Source of the DNA: a virus
UHGV virus genome: UHGV-0392655
Reading direction: 5' to 3' (one strand)
Length of the DNA: 41,417 nucleotides
In this document: one piece after another, positions 18,403 to 28,516 of the stretch
How positions within the stretch are numbered: the first letter of the stretch is position 1
Layout: each line of letters begins with the position of its first letter
Translations under genes and position numbers: made by a program
Notes under the pieces: generated by a model
What the model was told of the DNA's origin: nothing
What the model saw: the letters and a program-made list of their open reading frames with translations, nothing else
Databases searched by the model: none

Positions 18403-21400
18403 TGCGTATCAACAGCTAAAAACTCAAGGGGGCGGTCCCCGGAAACCCGGATGCCAAACCGCACATCCCGCCTCCACATGGCGGACGGAAGCACCTCATG
18501 CCATCCCCGTTCCATCGTCCTGGTCTTGCTCAACCGGTCCCAGGCGCTCCCGTCATTGGACACCTCAATACCGGCCGGGGCCGTATCGGAAGCAAAAAAC
18601 ACGCGCACGGCCGCGGCCTGTCTATCCCTGCCCAGGGACTCCGCCACATCCAGCGCATTCGTCACCACCGTGGACGTAAAATCCCACGCGCCGGCATCCA
18701 CAAACGGGCCGTCCGGATCAAACACCTCCACAAACCGCCCATCCTCACGCTCCACGGACACAAACAGCAAATCCTCCCCGGTCCCATTGGGCAGCACCAC
18801 GGCGTTGGACATCCGCCCCTCCGTCCTGTGACGGTGCCAGGCATGCACCTGGTGCATGCTATTATAAGTCATCAGCGCCAGCGTGCCGTCCGCCAGGGTC
18901 ATCACCGCCCGCGGGTGGGGCTTCCTCATAAAATCCCCGGAAGTAACCCCGCCGCCGCCGGCCAGCACATGATCGGCGAACACCGTCAAATCGCGGGACA
19001 CAAACCCGTCGCTCTCATAATCATACCCGTACTGATACACCCGTCCGCCGCCCCTCTCCACATACAGCACCTTATCGGTCGCCATCAGGGCCGGCACATC
19101 GGAAGACCCCACAAACCCGTGGCTGTCCGCCCGCGCATTGGAGTAAGTCATCACCCCCTGGCCCCCGGACACCGTCCACTCCGCGTCCGCCGTCCCCAGC
19201 AGCAGCCGGGAACTCTGCGCCATCAGCCAGCAAATCCTGTTCTGCGTTGTGGTGCTCAACGTCAAAGCCAGCGCGGAATCATCCTGCTTCCCCACCTCGA
19301 AACTGTTGAGGTCATCCGTCTTGCTCAACCACACCGTCTGCGGCTGGGCCTGCGTAGCGGCCAACACCAGGCGCTGCTGAAACACATCCACCAGGGAAGG
19401 AAACCCGTACACCCCCCGGAACGCCGCGAAACTCCACATCAACGACTCCCCGGACGGAGGAACCCCCTCCGGAACCGCGGAAACATTATCCCAAAGAGAA
19501 TACTCCGCGGAAGCCGTCACCTCGGCCGCCTCCGCCTCCATCCACGCCGTGCAGGCCGGCACCTCCACCCGCACACGGGAACGCAACTTCACATTACTCT
19601 CCGTCCATGCCTGTACGCTAATCAAAAACAAACCATCCTCCGGCACCGTGTAAGACGCCTCCTCCATCGCGCTGAACACCTCCGCATACCTGCCGCCGGA
19701 CATCCCCTTGATCGTGGAAGGCAGCACAATCTCCATCCCCGACTGGACAGACCTCCATCCCTGCAGCGTCACCACCGTACCCGCCGTTAAAAAACGGCTC
19801 ATGAAAATGCTGGCCGCATTCCCGTTCCCGCTCTTATTGACGGACTCCGCCGCCTGCGTCCACTCCAGGCGCACCATGCTCCCGGCGCCCACATCATCCG
19901 TCGTCAGCCCCCTGGGCCTCACCGTCAGCGTCCGCCCCTCTCTGGACAACGGACACTCCCCGGAAAAACGCTCCCCGTCAACCACCAGGGCATTCACTGC
20001 GGGCAACCCGGCATACACGCAATAATCATACGCATCGCCCTCCAAAGGCAGCGTCAACTTCAACACGTCGCTGGTGGACAACCCCGCCGCGGACATCTCC
20101 TCCCGGACTTCCGGCTTCACCACCCCGGAAGCCACCCCGGAAAACTCCGCCTGACACTCGGCAGCCTCCAGCGTACTGCCCTTATCATGAACAACCTTAA
20201 CCGTATAAAACCCGCTGGCCGGCGCGGTATACACATCCGCACTGCTCTTCCAAACCGTCGTAAACTGCGCATCCCCGGCGGACCAGGCCGTCAACCGAAC
20301 CACCGCGCCCTCACCCATTCCGGTCAGGGCGTTCCCCGTCACATTCACGTCAAACCTCGCCCCGGCTGGCCAAAAATCCGTCCTCATCCCGCGGGCGTCC
20401 AGCGTCACGGCCCCGGATTTGCGCGGCTCCGTCCAGGCAAACCGGACCGTCTTCCCGTCCTCCAGCGCATCCGCGGGCAGCCCCCTGGGCGTCACGTCAA
20501 CACCGTCGGGCCCCAGCGTCAGCACGGCGGACGCCCCCGGAACCTCCACCTCATCCACCCACACGCGGCTTGCCCGGATGGAAGACGCCGTACAGGTCAG
20601 GAAATGCCGCAACGCCGGCGTGGCGGGAACCGAAAACCGCTGTATGGAAGCAGGCCGGGAGCCGGAACGCAGCCGCAGCACCACATCCTTCTTATAAGCA
20701 TCCACCACCAGCTTATTCCCGCAGCTGTCCGGAGGAAACCCCTGGCTGGGATCGGAACCGCTGGAAAGCCGGGACTCATACAACATCAGGCGCAGGTAGC
20801 ACTCCTCTTCGCTCTCGTCCCCGGTAATCTGCAAATTGGAAGCCGAGCCAACCATGGAAGTGGACGTCCCCAGCAGCTGCCAATCCTCATCGGGAAAACG
20901 CCGCTCCACGGCATACGTGCCGTACCACTCCTTACTGCACCAAAACTTCCATGTCCCCTTGCAGGTAATCGTATTGGAATGGCAAATCACGCCCTTATGA
21001 AAATGCTCCGGATAATCCGCCGGAGACGTCAGGCCGTCCACAAAATCCGCCGCCCCGTTAAAATCCCTGTCGCACGTCCACCAGGACCAATAACTCCCCT
21101 CATTGAGGCAGAGCTTTTTCCCAGCCGTGAAAGCGCTGGCCGCCGTAAACGCCCCGGCAACCACCCAGCCCTGGCGAATCACGGCCCCCGTGCTGAACCC
21201 GGTCTGCTGGGGCACCGTCACCTGGACGCGCATCACATCCCCCTCATTCACCGCCGCGTCCGCATCGGACGCATGCTCCCCGAAAGACACCCTGTAACAC
21301 CCCTCATCCAGCGTCAGGCGCACCGGAAAATCCCGGAACTCCTCATACCGCCAGGGGCGGGCCTTAAACTCATAGGGCGCCAGGGAAAACATGCCCTCGT

Positions 21401-21788
21401 CATCCCGTCTCAGCACCATCAGCTCATGCGTAGGGCAGGCCAGAAACAACATGCTGTTCACCTGCTTGTGGCGCAGGGCGGCAACGTCAGCCGCCGTCCA
21501 CACGGAAGGCAGGGAGGCAACCACATCCCCCTCAACGGACAACACGCGCAGCAGAGAAGGAGCCACCTCCACAAGAAAACGGTCATTGGTGGAATAAACA
21601 TAGGGAAGAAGAAGGGAACCCTCCAAAGCGGCGGCCACCCTCCTCATCCCGTGCCGCCGGGAAACTCCCCCCGTTTGGGAAACATCCACATTCTCCAGCA
21701 CGGACGCCCCGCGATGATAAACATCCAGATCCGGACGCGCGGCAATCCCGGGCGAAAGCTCGCCTCCATTAAAGGAAATCCTCTTCAT
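18399..21788 (-). CDS. Tail tubular protein B-like (T7 gp12-like nozzle) large tail protein.
   Basis: N-terminus 'ISFNGGELSPGIAARPDLDVYHRGASVLENVDVSQTGGVSRR' resembles T7 gp12 'NLKGGISQQPDILRYPDQGSRQVNGWSSETEGLQKR'. About 1129 aa. Position is after the capsid gene. Confidence 0.5.
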   Translation of the reverse strand: MKRISFNGGELSPGIAARPDLDVYHRGASVLENVDVSQTGGVSRRHGMRRVAAALEGSLLLPYVYSTNDRFLVEVAPSLLRVLSVEGDVVASLPSVWTAADVAALRHKQVNSMLFLACPTHELMVLRRDDEGMFSLAPYEFKARPWRYEEFRDFPVRLTLDEGCYRVSFGEHASDADAAVNEGDVMRVQVTVPQQTGFSTGAVIRQGWVVAGAFTAASAFTAGKKLCLNEGSYWSWWTCDRDFNGAADFVDGLTSPADYPEHFHKGVICHSNTITCKGTWKFWCSKEWYGTYAVERRFPDEDWQLLGTSTSMVGSASNLQITGDESEEECYLRLMLYESRLSSGSDPSQGFPPDSCGNKLVVDAYKKDVVLRLRSGSRPASIQRFSVPATPALRHFLTCTASSIRASRVWVDEVEVPGASAVLTLGPDGVDVTPRGLPADALEDGKTVRFAWTEPRKSGAVTLDARGMRTDFWPAGARFDVNVTGNALTGMGEGAVVRLTAWSAGDAQFTTVWKSSADVYTAPASGFYTVKVVHDKGSTLEAAECQAEFSGVASGVVKPEVREEMSAAGLSTSDVLKLTLPLEGDAYDYCVYAGLPAVNALVVDGERFSGECPLSREGRTLTVRPRGLTTDDVGAGSMVRLEWTQAAESVNKSGNGNAASIFMSRFLTAGTVVTLQGWRSVQSGMEIVLPSTIKGMSGGRYAEVFSAMEEASYTVPEDGLFLISVQAWTESNVKLRSRVRVEVPACTAWMEAEAAEVTASAEYSLWDNVSAVPEGVPPSGESLMWSFAAFRGVYGFPSLVDVFQQRLVLAATQAQPQTVWLSKTDDLNSFEVGKQDDSALALTLSTTTQNRICWLMAQSSRLLLGTADAEWTVSGGQGVMTYSNARADSHGFVGSSDVPALMATDKVLYVERGGGRVYQYGYDYESDGFVSRDLTVFADHVLAGGGGVTSGDFMRKPHPRAVMTLADGTLALMTYNSMHQVHAWHRHRTEGRMSNAVVLPNGTGEDLLFVSVEREDGRFVEVFDPDGPFVDAGAWDFTSTVVTNALDVAESLGRDRQAAAVRVFFASDTAPAGIEVSNDGSAWDRLSKTRTMERGWHEVLPSAMWRRDVRFGIRVSGDRPLEFLAVDTQ

Positions 21789-21823
21789 TTCCCCTGAACA
21801 TAACCCAGGGCGTTCAACCGGGG

Positions 21824-21855
21824 CAAGTTGGCGAAAATCAACGTTTCTTCTCCGG
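21824..21855 (-). promoter_or_regulatory. Conserved late-operon motif, copy 2.
   Basis: The complement of CAAGTTGGCGAAAATCAACGTTTCTTCTCCGG sits 35 nt upstream of the ATG at 21788. Confidence 0.5.
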
Positions 21856-21917
21856 AACAGCAAAAAGGGCCGCCTCCATGCAGAGACGGCCCTATGGACA
21901 AACCGACGGGAAAAAAA

Positions 21918-22373
21918 CTACTGAATACCGTAAGCAATAGCAAAAACAAGCTTCTTGCCGGCGGTCACCGCCGGTGTTCCGCCCACCTTCGCGTAAACCA
22001 TCGTCACAGCATCCACCGGCCCCGTGGAAACCGCCTGGGAACCCTTCGTCAACTGATAAGTCCCGGCGGCGGTCACGGTCAGGGAGGCGGAAAAAGCATC
22101 CGCCGCCTCCTTCGTTCCCACGGTCAGCTGCAGCGTCCCCACGCCTTCGGAAACGACATGGGAAAGCTGCGGCAGCACGCGGGCTCCACAGGGAACATTG
22201 CAAATGGCGATCAGGTCATCGGCCGCCAGGGACGCGGGCATGATGAACTCCGCCGTAGCCACATGGACCCCGGCGCCGGTATGGATGGCCGCCAGCTGCG
22301 GCACCGTCGGCAGGCCGGTCCGATCCGCAAGGGCAAGCTGTTTCTCTGCAATAACTGTTTGATACGTTGCCAT
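21918..22373 (-). CDS. Virion structural protein (about 150 aa, beta-rich). Possible gp11-like adaptor or minor capsid protein.
   Basis: Start at MATYQTV. Position is between the major capsid and tail tubular genes. Confidence 0.35.
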   Translation of the reverse strand: MATYQTVIAEKQLALADRTGLPTVPQLAAIHTGAGVHVATAEFIMPASLAADDLIAICNVPCGARVLPQLSHVVSEGVGTLQLTVGTKEAADAFSASLTVTAAGTYQLTKGSQAVSTGPVDAVTMVYAKVGGTPAVTAGKKLVFAIAYGIQ

Positions 22374-22405
22374 AATCAATAAAATAAAATGTGTTGTTAT
22401 CCTAA

Positions 22406-23374
22406 TTAAGAAAGCTGCTTGCACTTAATCTGCACAAACGCCTCTTCGCGCATGCGGGTGGCTCCCATAATCGTCTTAAGGCCGATCTGGATCGTGTCCT
22501 CCTTATCGGAGCGCTTCTCCACCGTCACCTTATTCTGCTTCCAAGAACCGAAATACAGGGAATTCTTCATCCACATCGGGCAAATGATATCCCCGTCCTC
22601 GTCAAGCGGCAAATTGGGAGCAATGATAAACTGAATCCCCATAATCGGATCCAGGGCGCCGTTGCTCTTGCGCAGGGAGGAAAAACCGAAATCCGCCTTC
22701 TGCAGACGCTCGTCATTAATCAGGGCCTCGCGCATGCGGGGAGTAATCGCGCAGCACACCTGGTCGCCGTAGGCATTGGAAGCATCATCCAGAATCCCGT
22801 TCTCCTGCAGCAGCGTAATACCACGGTTCAGCTTCTCAATCGTCAGCGGGCAATCCTTAGCCGTGCCGCCGGTATAATCGACTGCCACCACATTAGCCTC
22901 CAGCAATTCCAGCTGTTCCATGCCGTCATTGCCGGCAAACGCCGTCCCGAAAATGCCGCCCTTGGACGGCACATATACCCCTCCCTGCTTCTTCAGGCCG
23001 AACAAAACATCGTCCATCTTGCGGGCAGCCGCGTACTTCAGCGCGTTAATCGTCTGCGTCACGGGAGCGTCCAGGCCGTGCAGGAAAATATCGTCATCCT
23101 CATCATAGCCCAAATGCTTCGAAAAACTAACCGGCAGCATCCGGCGCTTGAAATAATCAAGCTCGTCCAACACAATATCCTGCATCCGGCCCTGCTTCTC
23201 ATTCAGCTCCGTAGTACCGACAAAACTGAACTCCTGGAGCTTGCCCGTCAAACCGGACTTGATCACGCAGAAACGTTCCAGGCGGGACGTAGCCTGCTGA
23301 ACCTGCTCCTGCCACTGGTTATCGTAAGTCTCCTGATAAAGATCGGAGATGGGTAAAGTGTAATTACTTGGCAT
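22406..23374 (-). CDS. Major capsid protein.
   Basis: About 322 aa ORF directly downstream of the scaffold/int region, with its own copy of the late motif. Size and position match T7 gp10. Start taken at ATG 23374 (MPSNYTL), not the upstream GTG at 23401. Confidence 0.5.
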   Translation of the reverse strand: MPSNYTLPISDLYQETYDNQWQEQVQQATSRLERFCVIKSGLTGKLQEFSFVGTTELNEKQGRMQDIVLDELDYFKRRMLPVSFSKHLGYDEDDDIFLHGLDAPVTQTINALKYAAARKMDDVLFGLKKQGGVYVPSKGGIFGTAFAGNDGMEQLELLEANVVAVDYTGGTAKDCPLTIEKLNRGITLLQENGILDDASNAYGDQVCCAITPRMREALINDERLQKADFGFSSLRKSNGALDPIMGIQFIIAPNLPLDEDGDIICPMWMKNSLYFGSWKQNKVTVEKRSDKEDTIQIGLKTIMGATRMREEAFVQIKCKQLS

Positions 23375-23406
23375 GCTTCCATCAGGGGACAGAAACCGCA
23401 CATTTG

Positions 23407-23439
23407 CAAGTTGCCGAGTGTCAATTCAGTTGCAGAATC
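23407..23439 (-). promoter_or_regulatory. Conserved late-operon motif, copy 3 (more divergent).
   Basis: The complement of CAAGTTGCCGAGTGTCAATTCAG... sits 33 nt upstream of the capsid ATG at 23374. Confidence 0.45.
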
Positions 23440-23473
23440 TCCAATTCGGCATCTTGTCTCTGTCATACAGACG

Positions 23474-23658
23474 TTACAGAAGTGTTACAAATTGAAGCAA
23501 ATTATTTATAGAAATAAACTTAACACCCACTCTCTCCGCCAAAAGTTTCTGTAAGAAAACCTACGTAAACCTTGATAACGTAGGGGATTATGAATAAGGT
23601 TCGTGTAGGTTTTCTTACGCGAACCTTATTACAAAACCATTACAGAAGATATTACAGG
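23474..23658. other. attP-like or regulatory repeat region immediately upstream of int. It holds direct TTACAGAAG-N2-TTACA repeats at 23474 and 23640 flanking a perfect 14-bp inverted repeat GTAAGAAAACCTAC/GTAGGTTTTCTTAC (23551..23564 and 23605..23618) with nested shorter palindromes.
   Basis: All repeats directly seen in the sequence. Confidence 0.4.
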
Positions 23659-23659
23659 T

Positions 23660-24799
23660 ATGAGCAAACCTTTTTACAAGGGGCGTCTGTCCATCAACAA
23701 GGAAAAATCCTCGCCCTACTGGATGGTGACCTTTCAGGGGCCGGACGGCAAGATGAAGCGCCGTTCCACGAAAGTTCCTGTGAATGGCGGAGAATTTGAA
23801 GGAGACCGGATCACGGCCAAACTGGCGGAACGTATCGCCTACCAGCGGGGCGTGCAGATAGCCTGCGCGGAAGCGGAAGAATACCAGGTGCACAACAATG
23901 TTTCCGTGCGTGCCTGGTGTGACGGATTTGTTGGGCGCAAGGCGGCTCTTGTCTCCGAACAGACGGCCTACAATGCCAGAACCGCCTGCAAGCATTTTTA
24001 CGAGTATCTGGGAGCGCGGGCGAACGCCCCGCTTCGCCTGATCACCAAGGCGGACATCAAGGGCTTTGTGGCGGCTCGCCGCGAACTGGTGCGGCAAAAG
24101 ACTGTGTACAAGGATATGTCCGTTCTTTCCCAGGCATTCGCGGATGCCGTGGATTCAGAAGTAATTGACCGCAATCCGTGCGCCGGCGTTTCCATTCCCC
24201 CGGACCGTGCCGGGGAAAAGCTGCACAAGGAAGCCTTCACACTCGACGAGATCCGCTACATGATTGAGCATTTCCCGCCCCTGTGGAGTTCCGCGGTACG
24301 CTGCTCGTTTGAAACCTACGGCCAGCGGCTGGGGGATATTCTGCGCCTCAACTGGAATCAGTTTGACTGGGAACGCCGCATCGTGCGCTTTGACACGGGC
24401 AAAACGGGGCGCTGGATGGACCAGCCCATGAGAGAAGGCTTTTACCAATGGGCGCTTGCCCGCTGGAAGGAAGCGGGGGAACCGGCGGATGAACTACTTC
24501 ACGCGCCCCTGCTGGCCCTGGGGGATGGCGCGTCCTATCAATTCGGCCTCCTGTTGCGCACCCATGGCATCGGCGTGGTGCATGGAGCGGCCGGCGGCCG
24601 CAGAAGGAGGATGAACAGCAAGTCCTTCCACAGCATTCGGGCCACGGCGGCCACGTTGTTGCAGGCATCAGGCGTATCGCAGGGGCTGGCCATGGAGCTG
24701 GTGGGGCATGACTCTTCCGCCGTGCATAGCGTGTACATCCGCCCCTCCGTGGATCAGCTGCGCTCCGCTGCGGAATCCCTACCGGAACTTCTTCCTTAA
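23660..24799 (+). CDS. int: Tyrosine-type site-specific integrase.
   Basis: 379 aa with catalytic R (GQRLGDILRLNW), H-x-x-R (FHSIRAT) and H...Y (LVGHDSSAVHSVY) motifs. It is the only plus-strand gene in the core. Confidence 0.9.
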   Translation: MSKPFYKGRLSINKEKSSPYWMVTFQGPDGKMKRRSTKVPVNGGEFEGDRITAKLAERIAYQRGVQIACAEAEEYQVHNNVSVRAWCDGFVGRKAALVSEQTAYNARTACKHFYEYLGARANAPLRLITKADIKGFVAARRELVRQKTVYKDMSVLSQAFADAVDSEVIDRNPCAGVSIPPDRAGEKLHKEAFTLDEIRYMIEHFPPLWSSAVRCSFETYGQRLGDILRLNWNQFDWERRIVRFDTGKTGRWMDQPMREGFYQWALARWKEAGEPADELLHAPLLALGDGASYQFGLLLRTHGIGVVHGAAGGRRRRMNSKSFHSIRATAATLLQASGVSQGLAMELVGHDSSAVHSVYIRPSVDQLRSAAESLPELLP

Positions 24800-24836
24800 A
24801 AAAGCCCTGCTCCCAAAAAGGAAACAGGGCTTGCTG
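24797..24836. terminator. Bidirectional terminator-like hairpin between the convergent int and scaffold genes.
   Basis: Stem AGCCCTG...CAGGGCT preceded by AAAAAA on the plus strand, which reads as a U-tract on the minus strand. Confidence 0.45.
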
Positions 24837-24852
24837 GAAAAGCAATATCTGC

Positions 24853-25605
24853 TTACGCACCCATCAGTCGCATATACTTGGCCCTCACCTCGGCAAAACG
24901 CGGATGGTCGCAATCGTGGAATGCCGAATAATCCGGGTGTTCCGGATCGTGCATCATGCGCCGGGCTTCGCCGCGGGCCTGCTGTTCCTGCCGTCCGGGA
25001 GGCGCCGGAAGAGCCGGCTCGTCCAGAATCCGGCCTACTGCATCCAGAATCCTGTACATGGCCGGATGATCGGCAATGCCCATCTCATTAAACACGCTCT
25101 GGTCGATACCGGCCATGCGGCACAACCTCCCGGCCATTTGAACGGCGCGCATCTGGCGTGCGTCGCTGTCCCGGCCCCACTCTCCATCCAGCTGTCTCCA
25201 GGCCTCTTCCATGGCGGCATCCTGCGCCTGCTTCTGTTCGGTCGCTTTGGCCGCCAGACGCGCATCCATATCCTTGATAAACGCGGAAAGCCCCTCGACA
25301 GGAAGCCCGTGGGCCTTGCCGGTCTCGGTCAGCAACTGCTGCAGCGTCTCGTCTCCAGAAAACGTATCATCGAACGTCAACACGTAATCCCCCTGGGAAG
25401 GCGGATCTCCCTGCGGAGAACCCGGATCCGATGGGGGAGGAGGATCCGGCTGCTCATCATCCGCCGGAGTCGGCTCCGGTGCAGGATTAGCCAGGCTGGG
25501 ACGTCCGGAAGCGGAAGGGGCGGCGGAACCTCCTCCGCCACCACCTCCATTCTCCGGAGCCTCTTCAAAAAGAAACCGGTTATGGTACAACTTAAATAAA
25601 ATCAT
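24853..25605 (-). CDS. Putative scaffolding protein (acidic, Gly/Pro-rich N-terminus, helical C-terminus).
   Basis: Start at MILFKLYHN. Position is between portal and capsid, as for T7 gp9. Low-complexity GGGGGGG and PEPTPADDEQPDPPPP stretch. Confidence 0.4.
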   Translation of the reverse strand: MILFKLYHNRFLFEEAPENGGGGGGGSAAPSASGRPSLANPAPEPTPADDEQPDPPPPSDPGSPQGDPPSQGDYVLTFDDTFSGDETLQQLLTETGKAHGLPVEGLSAFIKDMDARLAAKATEQKQAQDAAMEEAWRQLDGEWGRDSDARQMRAVQMAGRLCRMAGIDQSVFNEMGIADHPAMYRILDAVGRILDEPALPAPPGRQEQQARGEARRMMHDPEHPDYSAFHDCDHPRFAEVRAKYMRLMGA

Positions 25606-25615
25606 GGTACTTCTT

Positions 25616-25867
25616 CTATATCTCTTCTTCTGGTTCGTAATGATTGCCCATGGCCGCTTCGATGAACAAAACCACCTCGCGGTAGGCGTCTCGACGCATA
25701 GCGTCAAGGGGGTCGTAAGAACCGGCCTTCCCCTGGAAACAGGGAAGATCGGTCTGGAAATGTCTCTTCAGCTCCTCCAGGACTTCCGGATTCCTGAATG
25801 CTTCCCGGAAAATCCTTCTGCGGCGCTTCATGTACTGTTCGTACTTATTGGTGGGGTCCGTCTTCAT
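25616..25867 (-). CDS. Hypothetical protein (83 aa).
   Basis: ORF with a 4-nt overlap with the portal stop. Confidence 0.35.
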   Translation of the reverse strand: MKTDPTNKYEQYMKRRRRIFREAFRNPEVLEELKRHFQTDLPCFQGKAGSYDPLDAMRRDAYREVVLFIEAAMGNHYEPEEEI

Positions 25868-27513
25868 GTCGTTTGTAAAGCCTGCTGGGCCTGGGCATTA
25901 TTCCTGTTAGCCACGGAGGACTGTTCGGCAATGGCTGCCTGTATGGCCGCTTCTTGCTGATTCTTCCTTTCAGTCTCCTTCTCCTTCACCTCATCCTCTG
26001 TCGCCTTGCACTCCATCGGGGCGCCCTTGGAATCGTAAATCAATTCCCCGGCCTTATTGAGATTCACAATATCCAGCAGCTCCGGTCGGCCGGTCATCTG
26101 CGACAAAGTGCCGATAGACTCAAGAGCCGTCATCAAGCCGTCCGTCTGTGTACGTGCAATCGCCTGGGCAATCTTGCCCATGAACTGAACCTGGGGGACG
26201 GCCAGGCGTGTAGGAGCGCCCCGCCGGTTGACCTCAAACACGCCCTGAACCGGCTCCGGAAGCTTCCCGGCGCGATACAACAGGGCCATAATACGCTGGC
26301 ACATCATCCTGAAATCGCTCACAAACAACGTAAAAGAAGGCGTAAACCCAAGCACCTTCTCGGCTTCCCGGGCCGCCACCTCCGTAGCCGTCATCTGGCG
26401 GTCGATGCGGGAAACGGTTTCCAGCATGGGAACGTAAAAAGCCTCTTCAATCTTGGCGTACAGGCCCCGCAGGTATTCCAGCCCGATATCATACTGCCCT
26501 TGTGTGCCCCATTCGCGCGGCAAGCCAAGTTCCGCCGCTTCCGGAGAAATGACGGTTTGGCCTCCGGCGCGCAAATCCACCTCCCCATACTGCTTTGCCA
26601 GCAGGAAAAGCCTCGGATAAGCCTTTGTCTGTCCCAGCGTGTAAAGAATCTTCTCCATGTCGATAGCCATGCGGATCGTGCGCCGCGCGAACCATGCCGG
26701 TCCCACCCCGTAGGGGCTGTCTCCCCAGCGCAGAAAGCGCGTCACCAGAAACGGAAATTCGAAAAAACCGCTCTCAAACACAATCTTCTTATCGTCCAAC
26801 GAAATAATGACGTCCTTCCACGCTCTCTTGCCAGGCGGCACATGGTCGGACAACAGCTTGCCCTGCGGGTTAGGCAGGACGCATTGCACAAACTCGAAAG
26901 AATCCGTATAGCGTCTCCTGGCATCCTTGAGCGCTCTCCGCACTTTTGGGCCCAGAGCCTCCTCCTTCCACTTCTGCGCCGCCTGGTGAGCCGTCAGCCG
27001 GAACCAGCGCACCAGCGTATCAACATCCCCTGACTCCGACTCCGCGATAGCGTAAGTTCCCGTGGGAATGTGCCGGAAAATCAGCTGCCTGTTAATATTC
27101 ATCTCGGCAAACATGCAGCCGGTTCCCGTCAGGCAGCGATCAAGGTAAACCTCATGAATCACTGAATAAAAATTGGAAACGGCAAGTTCCCGCTCCATCA
27201 CCTCCGTAACCTTGCTGTACCAATCATTCAAAGCCTGATTCCCATCCTTATTAAAACCTACCGGGCGCAAGGTAAACCAGCGCCTGTCCAAAGGCGTAAT
27301 ATAAGTCAAATGGGCGGATGCCAGCTTCTTCAGGCTGTTATTGGCGACGTCGCTATGCTCCAATCCGCCGCTGTGATCAGGTACGCGGTCGGGATAAGCG
27401 TTGCCCGTAGCCCTGGGCATGATAATACGGCGCATTTCATCCCAGCCGCCTTCAAAAGCGGCGCGTTCCGTGCGCAGATTATCTGCCAGGGAAATGTAAT
27501 CGCGTACCTCCAT
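25864..27513 (-). CDS. Portal (head-tail connector) protein.
   Basis: 549 aa. Size, position (before scaffold) and a Gln/Ala-rich C-terminal tail resemble podovirus portal proteins. Confidence 0.55.
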   Translation of the reverse strand: MEVRDYISLADNLRTERAAFEGGWDEMRRIIMPRATGNAYPDRVPDHSGGLEHSDVANNSLKKLASAHLTYITPLDRRWFTLRPVGFNKDGNQALNDWYSKVTEVMERELAVSNFYSVIHEVYLDRCLTGTGCMFAEMNINRQLIFRHIPTGTYAIAESESGDVDTLVRWFRLTAHQAAQKWKEEALGPKVRRALKDARRRYTDSFEFVQCVLPNPQGKLLSDHVPPGKRAWKDVIISLDDKKIVFESGFFEFPFLVTRFLRWGDSPYGVGPAWFARRTIRMAIDMEKILYTLGQTKAYPRLFLLAKQYGEVDLRAGGQTVISPEAAELGLPREWGTQGQYDIGLEYLRGLYAKIEEAFYVPMLETVSRIDRQMTATEVAAREAEKVLGFTPSFTLFVSDFRMMCQRIMALLYRAGKLPEPVQGVFEVNRRGAPTRLAVPQVQFMGKIAQAIARTQTDGLMTALESIGTLSQMTGRPELLDIVNLNKAGELIYDSKGAPMECKATEDEVKEKETERKNQQEAAIQAAIAEQSSVANRNNAQAQQALQTT

Positions 27514-27518
27514 GGCTG

Positions 27519-27749
27519 CTATCCCAGGGTTTTGCGCAACGTGGACAAACCGCCGGACAGATTCGGATTATTCACCGTATCGGACAGCTTCAACCTGCGC
27601 TTACTTTTGGTCTGAACATCCTCCGAAGCATCGGAAACAGACTTCTCCGTAGCCGTCGGATTCAGCGGCTCTTCTACTACCGGCGGAGCCGGAGCCTGTG
27701 TCACTTTAGGTTTGAAAATAGATCCCATAACAACTAATGATGAAAACAA
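27519..27749 (-). CDS. Hypothetical protein (76 aa).
   Basis: ORF lying between the lysozyme and portal genes. Confidence 0.3.
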   Translation of the reverse strand: MFSSLVVMGSIFKPKVTQAPAPPVVEEPLNPTATEKSVSDASEDVQTKSKRRLKLSDTVNNPNLSGGLSTLRKTLG

Positions 27750-28331
27750 CTAAACAAGCTCCTGCGCCACGCTGAACGCATCGTCGCAGCGGTTCAGCCA
27801 ACCCTTCCCGAACACGGGAAACTGCTTGCATGAGCGGTAAAACGCCTGACGCTTCTCCTGCAGGGCGATAAGGAACACCGCTTCACCCGTGGCGGCCAGC
27901 TGGTCCTGCAACTCCTGCCTGGTCCTGGGGCCGACAATCCCGTCCACCACAAGCCCGGCACCGTGAATATTCAGCGCACGTTGCAGGATCTTCCCGGTAT
28001 TCCTGCTCCCGGAATTGAAATAATGATCCCGCAGGATGAATTCAACGCCAGGAAAAGCGTCGGAACCCAGCCAGGAGCGCACGGCGGCGGTATTATCCAG
28101 GACATACTGGAGACAACCTTCCCAGGCCTCTTCACGCCTTCCGGCATCCATCAGGGCCTTCAATCTGTTAAACACGGCCGGTTCAATACCGTCGCAAATG
28201 CCGCAAATCTCCCACTTGCCGCCCTTGTCGGCGGCGGGAAGGCGGGAAACGCGCAGGGAATCTGGCCCGGTAACGCGGCTGTCTTCAAAGCGGAGGATAG
28301 CCGCAGCCATCTTTCTTTCTGTAGTATTCAT
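27750..28331 (-). CDS. Endolysin: GH108-family lysozyme with a C-terminal PG_binding_3 peptidoglycan-binding domain.
   Basis: 'AAILRFEDSR...ADKGGKWEICGI' resembles the GH108 N-terminal motif (IL.FEGG...DPGG.T..GI). The C-terminus 'LVVDGIVGPRTRQELQ' is a typical PG-binding motif. Confidence 0.65.
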   Translation of the reverse strand: MNTTERKMAAAILRFEDSRVTGPDSLRVSRLPAADKGGKWEICGICDGIEPAVFNRLKALMDAGRREEAWEGCLQYVLDNTAAVRSWLGSDAFPGVEFILRDHYFNSGSRNTGKILQRALNIHGAGLVVDGIVGPRTRQELQDQLAATGEAVFLIALQEKRQAFYRSCKQFPVFGKGWLNRCDDAFSVAQELV

Positions 28332-28516
28332 TCGTTCAGATTGTCGATAAGTTGCACAAGCCGCTTGCCTTCCACGGTGTAGCAATGACACTTGGCATGC
28401 AAATGCCACTCATTGAATTGAGCCAGGAAAAAAGCGGCGTCTCTTTCGGTAAGAAAAATTTTCATCCACTGCTCCTTTCCGGGTTCGTCCACAATGAGTA
28501 TGTACAGGGTAGGCAT
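28328..28516 (-). CDS. Hypothetical protein (62 aa) with no TM segment.
   Basis: ORF with an ATGA overlap with the lysozyme start. Confidence 0.3.
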   Translation of the reverse strand: MPTLYILIVDEPGKEQWMKIFLTERDAAFFLAQFNEWHLHAKCHCYTVEGKRLVQLIDNLNE

